Assembly (NCBI GenBank): GCA_964016885.1
Contig: OZ024745.1
Location: 9,176,001-9,240,000 of the forward strand
Origin: Eledone cirrhosa
Taxonomy: Eukaryota
Direction: 5' to 3'
Length of the DNA: 64,000 nt
In this document: one piece after another, positions 21,001 through 34,200 of the stretch
Numbering within the stretch: the first letter of the stretch is position 1
Layout: each line of letters opens with the position of its first letter
Position numbers and translations under genes: made by a program
The notes under the pieces: generated by a model
What the model was told of the DNA's origin: nothing
Seen by the model: only the letters and a program-made list of their open reading frames with translations
Databases searched by the model: none

Positions 21001-24000
21001 TTACCTTTGTAGCAATTTATGAGAATACTGCTGCACCAGTCTTTGGGTATGACACCACCATATATAGCCTGATTGATGATGCGTGCAACCAGTTTAGTGC
21101 CTACGCCCTTTGATGCCTTCAGCATCTCAGCAACTATCCCCAACGGTCCAGCAGCCTTACCATTTTTCATTTCCTTAATCGCCTCTTGGACCCTATATTT
21201 GTCAATCTCAATAGCTGGTCCCTCTGTTGGATCTACTGAGGGTAATTTCTCTCTCTCCCATTCGTTCTCCACATTCATCAGTCTCTCATAATGACATTTC
21301 CAGGCCTCCTTTTTCTGGTCATTCGTGACACTAAGTACACCAGCATCATTCCGGACACATTTATCTCCAACAACATCCTGATTTGCATTGACACACTGCC
21401 TTGCAATGTGGAACACCGGACGCCTCTGATCTTCCCGTCGCAGAACATTGGCAAACCTCCTACTCTCAGCCTCCCTGCGTGCTAAGTACACCTGACGTCT
21501 AGCTTCTCTCTTAGCGGCTGTATATCCTTCTCTACTCCCACCCTTTTTCCAAGCCTTCTATGCTAGTCTTTTGTCTCTAATGGCCTTATCTACTGTGCTG
21601 TTCCACCACCAGGTCACTCTCTGTCTGGTTGGGGCTCTGCTCCAGCCACAAGTTTCATCAGTAGCCTGCAGTAAGTTGTCACGTAAGAAATTCCAGTTAT
21701 TATCTATGTCATACGTCTCTAAATCGTCTTCTTTTTCGTCATACACATCTTGAAGGGCTTTCCTAAATTTGTATTTTAGTGAAAAGTCTTTTAGCTTCCA
21801 GACCTTTCTTCTCCACACCTTCCTGTATGTCTCATTCCATCTCTTGCTTACTGAGATATCACTAACGACTAAACTATGCTGTGGGGTACATTCTTCCCCA
21901 GGGTATGCCTTGGTATTTGACACCATCTGCCTGTCCCGCTGCCTAACTAGTAAGAAGTCAATCTGGCTTATGTGCTCGCCTGATTTGTAGGTTATTAGGT
22001 GGTTGGCAGGTTTCTGGAAGTTAGTGTTGCAAATAGTCAGTGTACTTGCATCACAAAATTCAAGAAGTCTCACTCCTTCTTCATTTCTTGAGCCGTAACC
22101 GTGCCCACCATGTACTCCAGTGTAACCATCCTGGAGCTGTCCAACATGACCATTGAAGTCCCCTGCTAGCCTAATGATGTCTCCGTCCTCTGTCATTGCT
22201 GTTGTTTGTAAAAGTTGCTCGTGAAAGCAGTCTTTCTCTTCTTTGCCTAAGCCTGCTTGGGGAGCATAGGCAGAGATGATTGTCAGTAGTCTCCTGCCTA
22301 CAACTAATCTAAGCTTAATTATTCGATTACTAACTCGAACTACCGCTATTGTCTTATTGATCCATCTCTCAGCCAGGAAAATGCCTACTCCCCCTAGCCC
22401 ATCATACTTACCTACCCAGAAAAGCTTATAGCTAAGATGTTTGCATGCAGCACACATCCACATGCCTTCTCTCCAGCATCTCCACTATTTCACCAGATCT
22501 ACCTCTGAGAGTGCCAACATTAAGTGTTGCAACTCTGAGATGCGACGTCTTCATATTTTTGTTGTTCCTATATACTTGTTGCTGTGCTTATACACGTTTT
22601 GGTATTGATACACTGGTAATACAAACAGAATATCAACCTAAAAAAATTACCTCTAATATTGTGTAGTTGACTAAGGTTCTCTAGTGGGTAACACATTGGG
22701 CTTTCTCCACTTCTCCAGCACTTTCTGCACTTGTTCCAGCACAACCATGTTACAGAGGGTGGGCTGGGTGCTTTCTGTCATGGCACCAGTACAACCACAT
22801 TACAGGGTGGACTGGGTGCTCTCTGTCGTGGCACCAGTATGACCACTTTACAGAGTGAACTTTTAAGGAATTTCTTGGTAACCTATATGTATATCTCTCT
22901 TTTTTGTTAGGTTTTCACCAGCAGTACACCGATGGCAAGGCAAAGGACTCAAGAACCATTCTACTAATTACTCTAAGATCCCAACATCCCTTTTCTCTTC
23001 CACATCATCATGTCAAAATGAAGCTCTTGCTGTCGGACCACATATTCAAGAGACCCCTAAAGAATATTCTCCTAAAATTCAGAAACTAGTCAATGAAATT
23101 GGAGCTTTGACTCTTTTAGAAGTTTCAGATTTGAATGAATTATTAAAGGTTTGTGATTTTTCTGTATCTATGTATATGAATTTGTTCTTTGCATAGTTTT
23201 GGTAAGGTTTTACTGGCTGGATACCCTTCCTATCACCAACCACTTTACAGCATGAACTGGGTGCATTATTTGTGCCACAAGCACTAGGGAAGTTGTCTTA
23301 TCGTTGACACAGTTAAGTCCCTCTGGTTGTCATATTTTCTATGACTGGATTTCCTTCCTGTCACCAACTACTTTACAGGGTTGTTTTACTGGACTGAAAG
23401 GTCCTCTCTACTCTGTATTAGTTTTTATTCTGAGTGATTGCTCGCCTAGACAGGTTGCTTTCTCCATTGTTTACTGAGAAATATGTGGCAATCAATTTGT
23501 TGAATATTTGTTCCAAGTCTCTGCATTCTCAGTTCAAATCCCACCAAGGTTCACTTTGCCTGTCATCCATTCAGGGTCAGTAAAGAAAATACCAACCCAG
23601 TGCTGGTGAACTCTCTTTCTCCTTCCAGCTGTCACATCTTGGATGTTCCACTGTATCAAGAGAGGGAGGGTTGAGAGGGTACCCGTGTCTGCTCACGTCT
23701 GCATTGGCACCTAAAACCGCTTACTGAAAGCATGGTACACACTACCAACTCCTAGTCAATTGCAAGTGATAGCTGTGCTTTATGAGTAAATATAAGCTTT
23801 TTATTTCTTTTCTTAGTAAGTTATCACAGTCCTTCCTCCCCACCCATTGCAACTTTCATAATTAATTGTAGTCTGTTGATTGGATTTTAATCCATGGCCA
23901 GAATTTCAACTCAACTCCAAGTGTTAGAACATATACTGCAAGGCAACTCGTCCAACACTCTACCTATTCATTAGCTTGTCAACCTTTGTAGGATTTGAAC

Positions 24001-25654
24001 TTAGAACTCAGAAATCTAGAATAAATACTATAAAGTATTCTATCTGATGCTCTAACAACTCTGCCAGTTTGTTACATTTTCATTTCCCTATCATGCTGGA
24101 GACTAAACAATGTCTCTAGTGCTGGTGCCCCAATACACTCTGTAAAATGGTTGGTGTCAGAAAAAGCATCCAGCTACAGAAACCATGCTAAATGACAAAC
24201 AAGGGAACAAAAATTAAAACTGTAAGAAGGTGAAACATTCTAGTTTCATTGCTACATTTACATGTGTTCACTCCTAGTAAGGATTAGACAGGTTTTCTCA
24301 GACTGAATCAGTGTTTTACACCTGTGTTCACTCCTAGTAAGGATGAGACAGGTCTTCACAGACTGAGTCAGCATTCAAGGGTAGTTACTGATCTCTGATA
24401 TGCTGGTGACCTGCATCTCGCGTTTTATCTTGTGCTTTACTGAGTGTATTTTATCGCTTTACAGTGTACTGGGTGCATTTAAAATTAAACTGGAAGGTAA
24501 AATATTTGAAAGAGAAAGATTGAAGGTTCATTTTCTTTAAGTTCTTGTATTAATCTTCATGTCTGTTCCTCTTCAGAAAACTTTGAACATCAAAGAAACC
24601 CCAATGATGTCAGCGATGCCTATGGCTGCAGCAGCTCCTTCAGTAAGATCAAATTCTATTTATTTAGTAGTCGTTATCTCATTCAATGTTTTGATTGCAC
24701 ATTGATACATGCATCCAGCACTACTTGTCAGTGCATGCTGCAGTCTTACATTTAATTAAATCTTTTAATCCTGACCATTGATCTGGCAATTAGCATCGAT
24801 AAATATCTAGTTAATTACTAACCTGTAAAATTATTCTGTTAATTGATTTCATTGCAACATGCAATCATGTTAATTGCTACAAAAGGTTTTAGGCAATCTT
24901 CTCTAACTGCCGCTGCAGTCAGGCTAAGGGCAACACATGTACTCTAGTTTCGAAAAAAATGGTACTGCTAGTGCCACAATAATAAATACATCCAACTCTC
25001 TGTAAAGTGGTAGTGCTGGTGCCACAATAAAATGCACCCAGTCCATTCTCTCAGTTTGTAGTAGCAGTGTCACCTTAAAATGCACCCAACCCACTCTGTG
25101 AAATGTTTATCATTAGAAAGTGTAGCCAGCTGTAAAAACCATGCCAGAATGGTGTCCGATGCTCTACCGATACTGCCAATCCACAACCCTTGATAATTAT
25201 GGTAATAATGATGTTAACACAATTTAAGCTAGTTTCACTTATTGAGTTCTACATACTTCTCCCTTATTAGATTTCATTTTTTATTTTGTTTCAGACAGAA
25301 GAAGCTGAAGATGTTCCAGTAAAAGAAGAACAGACAATCTTTACTGTAAAATTAATGGCATTTGATGCTGCTAAAAAAATACCACTCATCAAAGAAATCA
25401 AAAATCTAATGTCTGGTTTCAATCTTGTACAGGTTAGTTCTTTGATTTAATCTGCTTCTTTTACTGTTTTTACAATTCTGTCTTTAAAAAAAAGGGGATT
25501 TATTTCTGTTTCTATTTTACTTTTCTTTTTGTTTTAGGCCAAGAAGTTTGTTGAATCAGCTCCTCAAACAATTGAATCTGATATTCCCAAAGAACAAGCT
25601 GAACAAATTAAGACTGCATTAGAAGCTGTTGGTGCTAAAGTTGAGATAGAATAA
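18041..25654 (+). CDS. MRPL12: Mitochondrial ribosomal protein bL12m (L7/L12), 5 exons, 205 aa
   Basis: Exons 18041-18099, 22911-23148, 24577-24642, 25295-25432 and 25538-25654 give 618 nt in frame. R/S-rich presequence [20 protein letters not shown]; dimerisation domain [30 protein letters not shown]; Ala-rich hinge; [24 protein letters not shown]...[13 protein letters not shown]...[14 protein letters not shown]. Confidence 0.95.
19236..19423 (+). mobile_element. tRNA-derived SINE (abundant family)
   Basis: TGGCAGTGTCGG (A-box-like), GAGTTCAAATCCC (B-box), then GACTTTGCCTTTCATCC and GCTGGCCTTGTGCC. Related copies at ~495-670, 10583-10695 and 30437-30655. Confidence 0.85.
19512..22610 (-). 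mobile_element. Near-full-length RTE-clade LINE (APE endonuclease, RT, inserted PHD finger), inactivated, in MRPL12 intron 1
   Basis: ATG 22554 [18 protein letters not shown]; EN ORF 21558..22463 (SAYAPQ, GDFNGH, QIDF); RT ORF 20259..21491 ([34 protein letters not shown]); C-terminal ORF 19528..20079 ([17 protein letters not shown]); (TGA)n tail; TSD CACTGGTAAT at 19502-19511 and 22611-22620. Confidence 0.96.
22911..23148 (+). CDS. MRPL12: MRPL12 exon 2
   Basis: Acceptor tttttgttag, donor AAG|gtttgt; encodes [28 protein letters not shown]. Confidence 0.92.
24577..24642 (+). CDS. MRPL12: MRPL12 exon 3 ([22 protein letters not shown])
   Basis: Acceptor cttcag, donor gtaag, 66 nt. Confidence 0.9.
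25295..25432 (+). CDS. MRPL12: MRPL12 exon 4
   Basis: Acceptor tttcag, donor gttag, 138 nt; encodes EQTIFTVKL...NLVQ. Confidence 0.93.
25538..25654 (+). CDS. MRPL12: MRPL12 exon 5 (to TAA)
   Basis: Acceptor ttttag; encodes AKKFVESAP...VEIE*. ATTAAA at ~25760 is a candidate polyA signal. Confidence 0.93.
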   Translation, partial: AKKFVESAPQTIESDIPKEQAEQIKTALEAVGAKVEIE

Positions 25655-27469
25655 TCTTACAATTACTTAGTTTATGTCACTCCACCATTCTCGTCTTGGT
25701 ACTTTGTACATACTTTCCCACAATTACTAGATACCCAGTTATTATAAACAAACCTTTCTATTAAAAATAATTTTTTGTTTTGTTTTTCATTCATTAGTAT
25801 TGTCATTTTACATCTGTTTTTCCATGCTAGCATGGATTGGTGGGGTTATGATTTGACATGGTTTCTGGATGCTCTTTCTGACAAACCATTTTACAGAGTG
25901 TATTGGTTGCATTTTATTGGGGCACCAGCACTGGAGACATTCTTATTGTTGAGTATCTAAAATTCCTTTTGACAAACCCCACTGGTTTCCTAGACCTGTA
26001 ACTAGTTGTAGGGGCACAACATTGACATATAGGGCTTTTTTAAGTCTGGCAGAGCCCACCTCCGCTCCAGGTTAGAATATAACAGATTTCTTCCAGAGAA
26101 GGATAGAGTGTGAGAGAAAGAGATATAGAGAAATAATTGACCTTAGTACTTGACTTGTACTTTTTTTATCAACCTCGAATGGGTGATGTATATTCCTGGC
26201 AAACTAACTACATTAAATCCTAGTTCAATCTTGTAAAATCTATCTACAAACAAATCCCCTCTCTTTATAATTTAATAGAGACTTTATTCCCATGAATATA
26301 TCACTGAGGCCTTTGTATAATTTGTATGCTGGTGCCATGGGTGCACTGTACTCTTGGGTGTCATAAAGGTTGGCATCAACAATGGCTTCTGGCTGTAAAA
26401 TATTGTCTCAAAATATCCCATCCAACCTATGCCAGCACAACCACCTAACAAGGTGGACTGTGTGTGTTTTATCATGACAACATTGGGGTTCTTGATGTGG
26501 GTAGGGAGGCAGTGAACCTCTTGAAAATTTGATTATACATGTAAAAAGTATAAGAAAACCATAAAAGAATTAGTTGAGCAACATCAATGTAAAGATGACA
26601 GTGAAATAAATATTAATGTGATGGTAGGGGAGGGAGTAATAGGAAAGAGACAAAGATAGGCAACTACATGTGGAATTGGGGGTGATGACAGGGAAAGTGA
26701 TAGATGAGGGAACAATGTGAGACTGTTGAAGGATAATATTGATGGTGAGAGAGGTGGATATCAATAAAACATGAAACGAGAGAGAGTGATAACTAACAGT
26801 AAAGAAGCGTAATAAATAGGGATTTTCTGATGCGAATGATAGAAGTGAATGAATATAGACATATCTGATGCCATCACTTGTTACACAGGGATTCTGATAG
26901 AAGAGAGGTAGAATGATAAAGGGTGAATATAGAAAGATCTAATGCCATCCCCCATTAAATAGCAATGGAAGGTTAATGAAGAGGGCAATAGATGGATCTG
27001 TAACTCCAATGGAGTCATAAGAATGCTGTAATAACCCATGGTGTGACTTGGACATTTAAAACCTGGATGAGCCCATCTCTCCATATCTGAACACAGAATT
27101 TCTTGTGAAAGAAAAAATTGACCCAAATACTGGACTGGTACTTTTTTTAATTGGCCGTGAAAGGATGAAAGGCAAAGTTTTAAATAAGGAGCCAGAATAA
27201 ATCCTGCAAAATATTCTATCTGATGTTCTAATGACTCGTTGCCTCCTAAAGGATACTGGAATATAATGGATGAGATGCTCAAATGTAGATATATATATTC
27301 CAACCTCCATCACAATCACTATTTTAGTAACTGCTTTACTATGCTGGTTCTTTTTTTTATCAACTTTGAGAGGTCAGCCTTTACCACTTTGTCTCATGTC
27401 TTCCTAGATTTTTCTCTTCCACAGTTTCCATCCACTTGAAGTACTCACCACATCTATATACAATTGACA

Positions 27470-27820
27470 TCACATACCTCTACCAGTAGTCTACATACCT
27501 CCACCAGTATAGTCTATCTCTACATACCTCTACAAGTAGTCTACATACCTCTACCAGTACAGTCTACATACCTCTACCAGTAGCCTACATACCTCTACAA
27601 GTACAGTCTACATACCTCTACCAGTACAGTCTACATACCTCTACCAGTACAGTCTACATACCTCTACCAGTACAGTCTATCTCTACATACCTCTACCAGT
27701 AGCCTACATACCTCTACCTCTGTAGTCTACATACCTCTACCAGTAGCCTACATATCTCCACCAGTATAGTCTATCTCTACCAGTAGTCTACATAGCTCTA
27801 CAAGTACAGTCTACACCATA
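27470..27820. repeat. ~21-23 bp minisatellite
   Basis: CTACATACCTCTACCAGTA(CA)GT repeated ~15 times between the MRPL12 and STAMBP 3' ends. Confidence 0.9.
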
Positions 27821-28143
27821 TCTACTTGTATATGAGACTTGCTGTCTCAAGTTGTCGTTCACGTGATCCAGATCTGTTTCTAGGGCCCACCGTGAGCAAA
27901 TCGACAACTTGGGCCCCACACTACATCTCATTCCTCTCAACACATCAATAAAAACTCTTAAATATGAAATTAATGAAAAATGTAATTTAATTAGGATCAT
28001 ACATTGACATATTGCAAATGTAAAAATATTTTGCAACTTATTTTCAATCTTAGAGATAAAAATTATCTCTGCTCATATCACATATTTTCTGATCGTGTGA
28101 CCAAAAACTTTTTTTTGCTTTATTCCGTCTCACGTGGTTTAGA

Positions 28144-28209
28144 TCACTTACTCCGTAAATCTGCCACAACAACATTAGGATCATCGACCAACTGAACATG
28201 TTCACAGCT
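28144..28209 (-). CDS. STAMBP: STAMBP last coding exon ([21 protein letters not shown])
   Basis: Acceptor ttttcag, TGA at 28144-28146. Confidence 0.85.
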   Translation of the reverse strand, partial: SCEHVQLVDDPNVVVADLRSK

Positions 28210-31200
28210 CTGAAAATAAAGTAACAACAATCATTATATAAGTCAAGGAAGTAACTTGTCTCTTGGATACTTTAGAGGTAACAAAAAGATTATTTTCTTG
28301 CAGATTTTATTACTTATAATTATTAGGTATTTTTTTTACATAGATCAGTCCATTCTATAAGGTGGTCGAGCTGGTGTCAGCACCCAGTGCACCATCAAAG
28401 GTAGACATGCTAGTAACATGACAAAAATCACCCTCCACCCTGTGAGGTGGCTGGCCTTAGGAAGGGCATCCAGTTATAGAAAACTAAACCAACAATGGAT
28501 CGTATGAGCAAGATCTGGTCACTTGACCTGTCTAACCTATACAAGCATGGGAAATTGACATTAAATGATAATTACAGGTGTGTTTACATTAGACTCAGAT
28601 CTTTGAAAAGTGATCTCTATCGTGTCTATGAATTGCTATCTACTGGTTCACTGAATTCAGTCATTTTGTGGTCAGTGGTTAGGTACATTTATTTAAACAC
28701 ATTCAGTGCAAAACTGATAATTCAACCCTGAATTTTTTACTGTTATTTTTCTCCATTGCTTACTCTGGAGGAAGGAGGGGCAGTGTCTATGTCTCTTTTC
28801 AGGGCGTCTGAGACTGGTAGGAAGAAGGAAGGAAAGTGTCCACAAATTGAATGTTTGCAATAATTTGGACTGTTAAAGACATGTGGGGGTGTTAAACTGA
28901 AGAATCTAGCACATATCACTACAGTAGGCCTGAGGCATGAATAATAATTTAATGTCTTGCTCTGAATATATTACAAAATGGTCTACATCATCATCGATTA
29001 ACGTCTATCTTCCACGCTAGCATGGGTTAGACGGGTTTGTCCCAATTAGAGACAAGTTGGGTCGGGTGACCGTGTCTCACTCATAGGAGAGTTTCTGGCT
29101 GGATGCCCTTCCTAATGCCAACCACATTGACAGTGTGTGCTGGGCGCTTTTTGCTGTGTCTTTTACACATCCACTTTACAGTGTGGGCTGGGTGCTTTTT
29201 GTTGTGACACCTACACTATCACTTTACCGTGTGGACTGGGCACCTTTTTCGTGTCACCAACACAACCACTTTACAGTGGGGTCTGAGCACTTTTGTCTTG
29301 GGACTAGAGAGGATGGAGGAGCTTGGGGAAGAATGTGGACAAAGTAGTAGGAGAGATATGGTTACCGCTAAGGGAGGTGAATGAAGAGTGATAGAAGTTT
29401 GAGGAAGGTGTTGCTTATTAGGTATAAGCCTCATCCTGAGAATAATAGAGGGCAGTTCTGTAAAACTGCATAGCGCCAGAGGTCGCAGTCCTGAGTCGTT
29501 GCCTTTGAGAGGTGTAATTGTGCAAGGTCAGATTTTATTACCTCATCCCAAGTCTTCCTAGGCCTGCCCAAACCATGGCTAACATCGACTTTGAGCGCTC
29601 TCCACCTTATTATACAGCTTGAGCACTCTACACCTTATTGGATATAAACTCAATGTATATGAAAGTGGTCTGTTACTCTATATGTTTCTGCTGAATGCAA
29701 CAAAATACACTCCATAAATATAAAGGTGTATCATAAAAGAATAAAATTATAAATATTTTGACAATGACTTACTTGGAAAAGTGGTGGTTCTTTAGGGTGT
29801 ACATGGAATCCAGCTTCCTTACAGGAAGATATAAGTGGTAAACCTCGGTCAGGAGTTAACATAAAAATTCCAGTCCTGTTTAAATACAAGTAAAATATCA
29901 ATTAAATAAAACCCTCCTTTTAAATTCAAATTATTCAGCACTAGAGAAACTAAATAACTCCATTCTGTCAGTTTTGTAATGACATCCTCAATGGAGGGAA
30001 CATTATCATACAATACCAGTTTTGGGTCAGATAAAATAATGTAAAAATATTCTAAACCCAAATTGAGTCAAAAGGCTGCCAAACCATTTGCTGATGGGTG
30101 AAAAATGTCTGCACCCTGGTTTTAAGATAATTTTTTTCAAATCCTGAATAATGGTAAGTCTGGTAATGCAGAAACATTTCTTGAAAACACTAACAACATT
30201 CAATATACACAAAGTCTCTGTACTTACTCATTGTATTTTGGAGAACAGACAATGGCAATAGCTTCAGGCATCATTATTTGGTAAGAACAATGTGTATGCA
30301 GATCTACACTAGATAGGAAGGCTGTTTGACTGGGGTGAGTCTTCAGAAATTAAAAGATAAAATACAAATAAGATAACAATTTTGTTAAATATCGAAGTGT
30401 AAAAAGTAAACCCTTATTTTGTCTTTTTATGGTTTAGGGCGGTGGTTAGCAGAATCGGTAGAGTGTCGGACAACAAGCTAAGTAGCATAGAATTCCAGCC
30501 ATTTATGTTTTGAGCTCAAATCCTGCTGAGGTTAGCTTTGCTTTTAATCCTTACAAGGTCGATAATATTAAAGTACCAGTAAGACACTGGGGTTGATTTA
30601 ATTGACTTTCCTCTCTCCCCAAATTGCTGGCCTTGTGTCTATAGTAGAAAATGTTATGTATTTTTATGGAGACACATGGCTTAGTGGTTAGAGCATTGGC
30701 CTTGACATCGAAAGGTTGTGAGTTCAATTTTCAGACCGGGTGATGTGTTGTTTCCTTGAGCAAGACACTTTATTTCACATTGTTCCAGTTTACTCAGCTG
30801 TAGAAATGAGATGATAGGGACTGGGGTCTCTATCATTCCACTGTAAAGTGGACGTGTAAGCGCCACAGAAAAAAAGTACCCAGCACTCACTGTAAATGAG
30901 GTTGGTGTTAGGAAGGGCATCCAGCTGTAGAAATCAAGCCAAAATCAGTTCCCGTCCCACCCTTGCAAGCAGGGAAAAGCGGACGTAAAATGATGAAGTC
31001 TTGAATATATTTCCTATAGTCAGCACTTTGTCAGCTTCTTTACCTACAGCTGAACATATATCAATTTATGTTTGCTTTTCCACACTGGTATGGAATTGGC
31101 AGGGTTGTTAGAGTGTAAGACAAAATTCCTTGTATTTGTTCCAACTCTCTGTACTCTTGAATTCAAATCCCACTGAGCTCAACTTTACCATTCCTCTTTT

Positions 31201-34200
31201 TGGAATTGATAAAATAAACTACTAATCCAGATTGGTGGATTGGGAGAATTGTAAGAGTTTCAGACAAAATGCCTTGCAGTATTTGTTTCAACCCTTTGCA
31301 TTCTAAGTTCAAATCCTAGTGTGAACTTCTTGTGTGATAGATTAATCTAATACCCAATTTACCATTCCCACTCGGCCCTTAGATGTCTTTAGCAGATTTC
31401 GCTCTGTTGGAAGCATTCAGACCAAGTCTCTGGTTTAAAGACACCTTCCTCCCTCCCCCCACCAGTCTTAGAGGCCTTGACAAAAATCATTGGCACTACA
31501 CTTATTTCCTTGAATGAATAGTATTAAAAAAAAAGAAAAGCTATACAGGTCCCATCACCCACCACTATCCACTGTGATCTTTGGTTATCTGGCACATACA
31601 TAAATATAGAACAAAACAATGACCAGGACCCATTCAAATTTTGTTCTATTCTTCTCAGATAATCCGTTTAAAATCAAAATATTTTTATATGAAAAAAGAT
31701 TAAAGTTATATACAAACACTACCCTGAATTAATCTTAATTTTGATTTGATATTATTGATATATTATATACATTAAGCTATGGTTATTGCTTGATATAAAG
31801 TGTTCATAGATTCTTTTTGCCATCAACTAAATTGCAATAGTGGTTTTGTAGTGGAAGAGATATACTCAGTGGGATTAAATCTAATACCTTACAAGTGCTT
31901 ATATTTACCCTAAATGGATAAATATAAATTTTAATCTGAACAGAATTTGAAATCAAGACAACAAAGTATCAAACACTGGGTAACTTTATATCATCATCGT
32001 TTAACATCCATCTTCCACACTAGCATGGCTTAAACAGGAATTGTCCCACTTGAGGCAAGATAGGTGAGGTGACCGTGTCTCGCTCATATAGGACTATCTG
32101 GCAGGTTTTCTACGGCTGGATGGCCTTCCTAACACCAACCACATTTACAGTGTGAACTGGGAGCTTTTACCGTGTTACCTACATGACCACATTACAGTAT
32201 GGACTGTGTGTTTTATTTTTGTGACACCTAATATTTGAAAATATTTTTACACTACCTATGTACAGTCATTTTAGTTTCTGTTTTCAGTATAAGTATGCAA
32301 AGCTTTTGTACTACAAAATATAGTACAAGATAATATACATTATAGTAAACAAAATCAGTAGTGTCTATTTAAGAGCAATTTTCTCAGGGTCTACTTTGAG
32401 ATATTCTCAGTTAGGGAACAGCTATCACTCACATTTTCTAAAAGCAAATGCATTTAATTATAAAATATTTCCAACAAGATCATAAACAAATGCTTGACAT
32501 TTTTAAAACTTGTCCAATTCAATACAAACAAACCAAAATAGAATTTCACTGCCTACTTACATGTATCCATCCAAAGGTGATGAGATCATGAGAGTCTATA
32601 TAGTCAAACAATTCTTCTTCCTTTAATGTGGTACATGTGTCTGATGTCCCCATTTGTTTGGGAATTAGTACATGTGTGATATGAAAGTTATTTTGACGCT
32701 GAAATCAGAATTTTATATAATAAATATTTGTACCAATTCTTCTTCTCTAGAACAATATTCATCTGGGACTCCATTCCAGCTCCTCTATAACCTTTCAAAT
32801 TGAATATTTACAGTATGAAACTTACCTTATAATCTTATCCTTCAGTAGAGGAAAACTGAAAAAACAATCGCACTTGGCATTTATCATCATCATCACCACT
32901 GTTTAACATCTATTTTCTATGCTTGCATATTGGCCATGTGTATCCTTCTTTTTTTAGAATAGGTACAATGTATCTGTGTGTGTTGTAACAGTGTTTATCT
33001 GGTTTAGAATAGGTACACTGTAGCTCTGTGTGTTGTAAGAGGCAAATAAAAGGTTTGATGCCAGAAAGTGCATCCGACTGTAAAACATTGTCTCAAACCA
33101 TCCAATCCAACCCATGCCAGTTTAGAAAAGTGGATGTAAAAATGACGATGATGATTATATATAGAGCATGATCACACAATTTTTCTGTACAAAACCAATT
33201 AGGCAAAAGTATTTTGAAGTCTCACAGTAATCAACAATACTTTAAAAGGCACGTAACTTCCAAAGTATTAAAAGTAATTCAAACTTATTTGATAAAAACA
33301 AAAGCTCACCAATTTCCCCGCTAAAATACCACAGGTTTCTATGTTTGCTGCAGTATTTGACTTGGTAATTTCCAAAAACTTCTCTGTTAACTGAGTAGGC
33401 ACCATCACAGTTCGGAGACCATAAGCATTGCTGTCGGTAGATCCTATGCTTGTTAAATGATTGATGGTAGGCTTTGTGCTTCGGTCTACTGAAGGTGGAG
33501 TAGAAGGACTGAAAAATTAAGAGAAAAGAACATTAAACATATAATTAATGAAATAATGATGACAAGATTCACAGCAAAATATTTGGAAAGAAACAAAAGT
33601 TGCAAGCTAAAGGAAAAGAAAGAAATGGGATGTGGAAGAAGGGAAATTTGGGAAATATTAGTGACCAACTTTTTTTATATTTTTGTCAAGTCTTTATCAT
33701 TCCACCCACAAAAAAAAACATTAACAAGCCAACAAGGAAGCTTCTATGCAGTCACTTGACCTACTAAAAATAGCAGCTGAATTTCCCTCAAACTCTACTA
33801 TAAAAAAAAGGATGTATTGGACAATATAGTCTAGTCCCTAATATACAAAATGACAGGATGGTCATAGTTGGAAAACCTTTAATCATTGAGGCATATTGAT
33901 CCCCTCTGACTAAAATATGGCCAAAAAGAAGTTGAAAAAAAAACTGTCAAAATACAAAGATCTTGAACTCAAATTAAAGAAGATGTTAGGTATGAAGGTG
34001 AAAGCAGTGGCAACAATAATTGGAGAACTAGGGATGAGAAAAAAGAACATGAACACAGAGAAGCCATACCAGATCTCACAATGCTACACTGTCAAAAACA
34101 ACTCTACTAGGAATAGCTCATATCCTGCACAAGACATTACAATCTCCACATACAATATATAATAAACACCCAATAAAACACCTTACACATACCATACAGA

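Noticed and set aside
19378-21990. + strand ORFs (19378..19974, 20668..20952 and others)
   Set aside because: These are antisense shadows of the RTE ORF.
30668-30740. tRNA gene
   Set aside because: A and B boxes are present, but the cloverleaf is degenerate and continues into a SINE body. The same holds for the other tRNA-like heads.
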